Assembly (NCBI RefSeq): GCF_001194135.2 | Contig: NC_068988.1 | Location: 89,572,672-89,636,023, forward strand | Source of the DNA: Octopus bimaculoides | Taxonomy: Eukaryota | Length of the DNA stretch: 63,352 nucleotides | Direction: 5' to 3' | Part shown: positions 62,851 through 63,352 of the stretch, piece by piece | Layout: each line of letters starts with the position of its first letter | Position numbering within the stretch: position 1 is the first letter of the stretch | Translations under genes and position numbers: made by a program | The notes under the pieces: generated by a model | What the model was told of the DNA's origin: nothing | What the model saw: only the letters and a program-made list of their open reading frames with translations | Databases searched by the model: none

Positions 62851-63352
62851 AACTCAATAATTAAACTTCAAAGTAAATACATTTTTGATATAATCTTAAA
62901 TATCAGAGGTTTGTTTGAAATTTCAAAAACGTTCTAAGTCAATGGTTATCTGTTTGAGCTATTTCAGAGTGCATAGTGTCTTAATTAAGTATAGATTACA
63001 TGACCGGAATACGAATTTTACGGATATGCATTACGTATCACTAACCCAGTCATGCTGTATTGCATCTTTTTTTCTATTTCAGGCTCCAGATCAGGTCAGG
63101 GAGTAATGAAACATTGTCTTTTACAGATGTTCTCAATTAATGCAATATGGTTTCTCCAGCGACTCTTGAAATTGTCGCTTGTTGCACCTACATATATGCA
63201 TATAGATGTGTACTCGTTCTGACATGTAAACAATATTACTCTAACCAAAACACTTGTCTGTCAGAGAACATACTTTTCTATGTCCACAATTATACTTTTT
63301 TACTGAACTATTTCCAACTAGATTACGACTTCCATATATATATATATATATA

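Overview
AT-rich, gap-ridden eukaryotic genomic DNA with extreme microsatellite density. The SINE, mariner and Penelope repertoire looks like an Octopus (cephalopod) draft assembly; this is inferred, not database-verified. I cannot assemble a confident host gene. Nearly all protein-like stretches resolve as transposon relics: two Penelope-like elements, many old CR1/L2-like LINE fragments (mostly minus strand, including a ~4 kb EN+RT relic), an RTE fragment, an R4/Dong-like 3' end sitting in a (TAA)n tract, and about 9 Tc1/mariner-superfamily pieces. Several tRNA-derived SINE families are also present. The most notable item is at 4874-5416: a small non-coding composite made of a tRNA-Arg-like Pol III head, an (AAT)n tract and an apparently intact minimal hammerhead ribozyme, with a second, degenerate ribozyme arm in inverted orientation. 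A half copy of the same unit at ~49 kb abuts the R4/Dong-like fragment. Other points: a near-perfect 63-bp hairpin, a duplicated E-box/AP-2-like module, head-to-tail SINE arrays, and a few low-confidence exon candidates. Relic boundaries are approximate and protein-family calls come from motifs read by eye.
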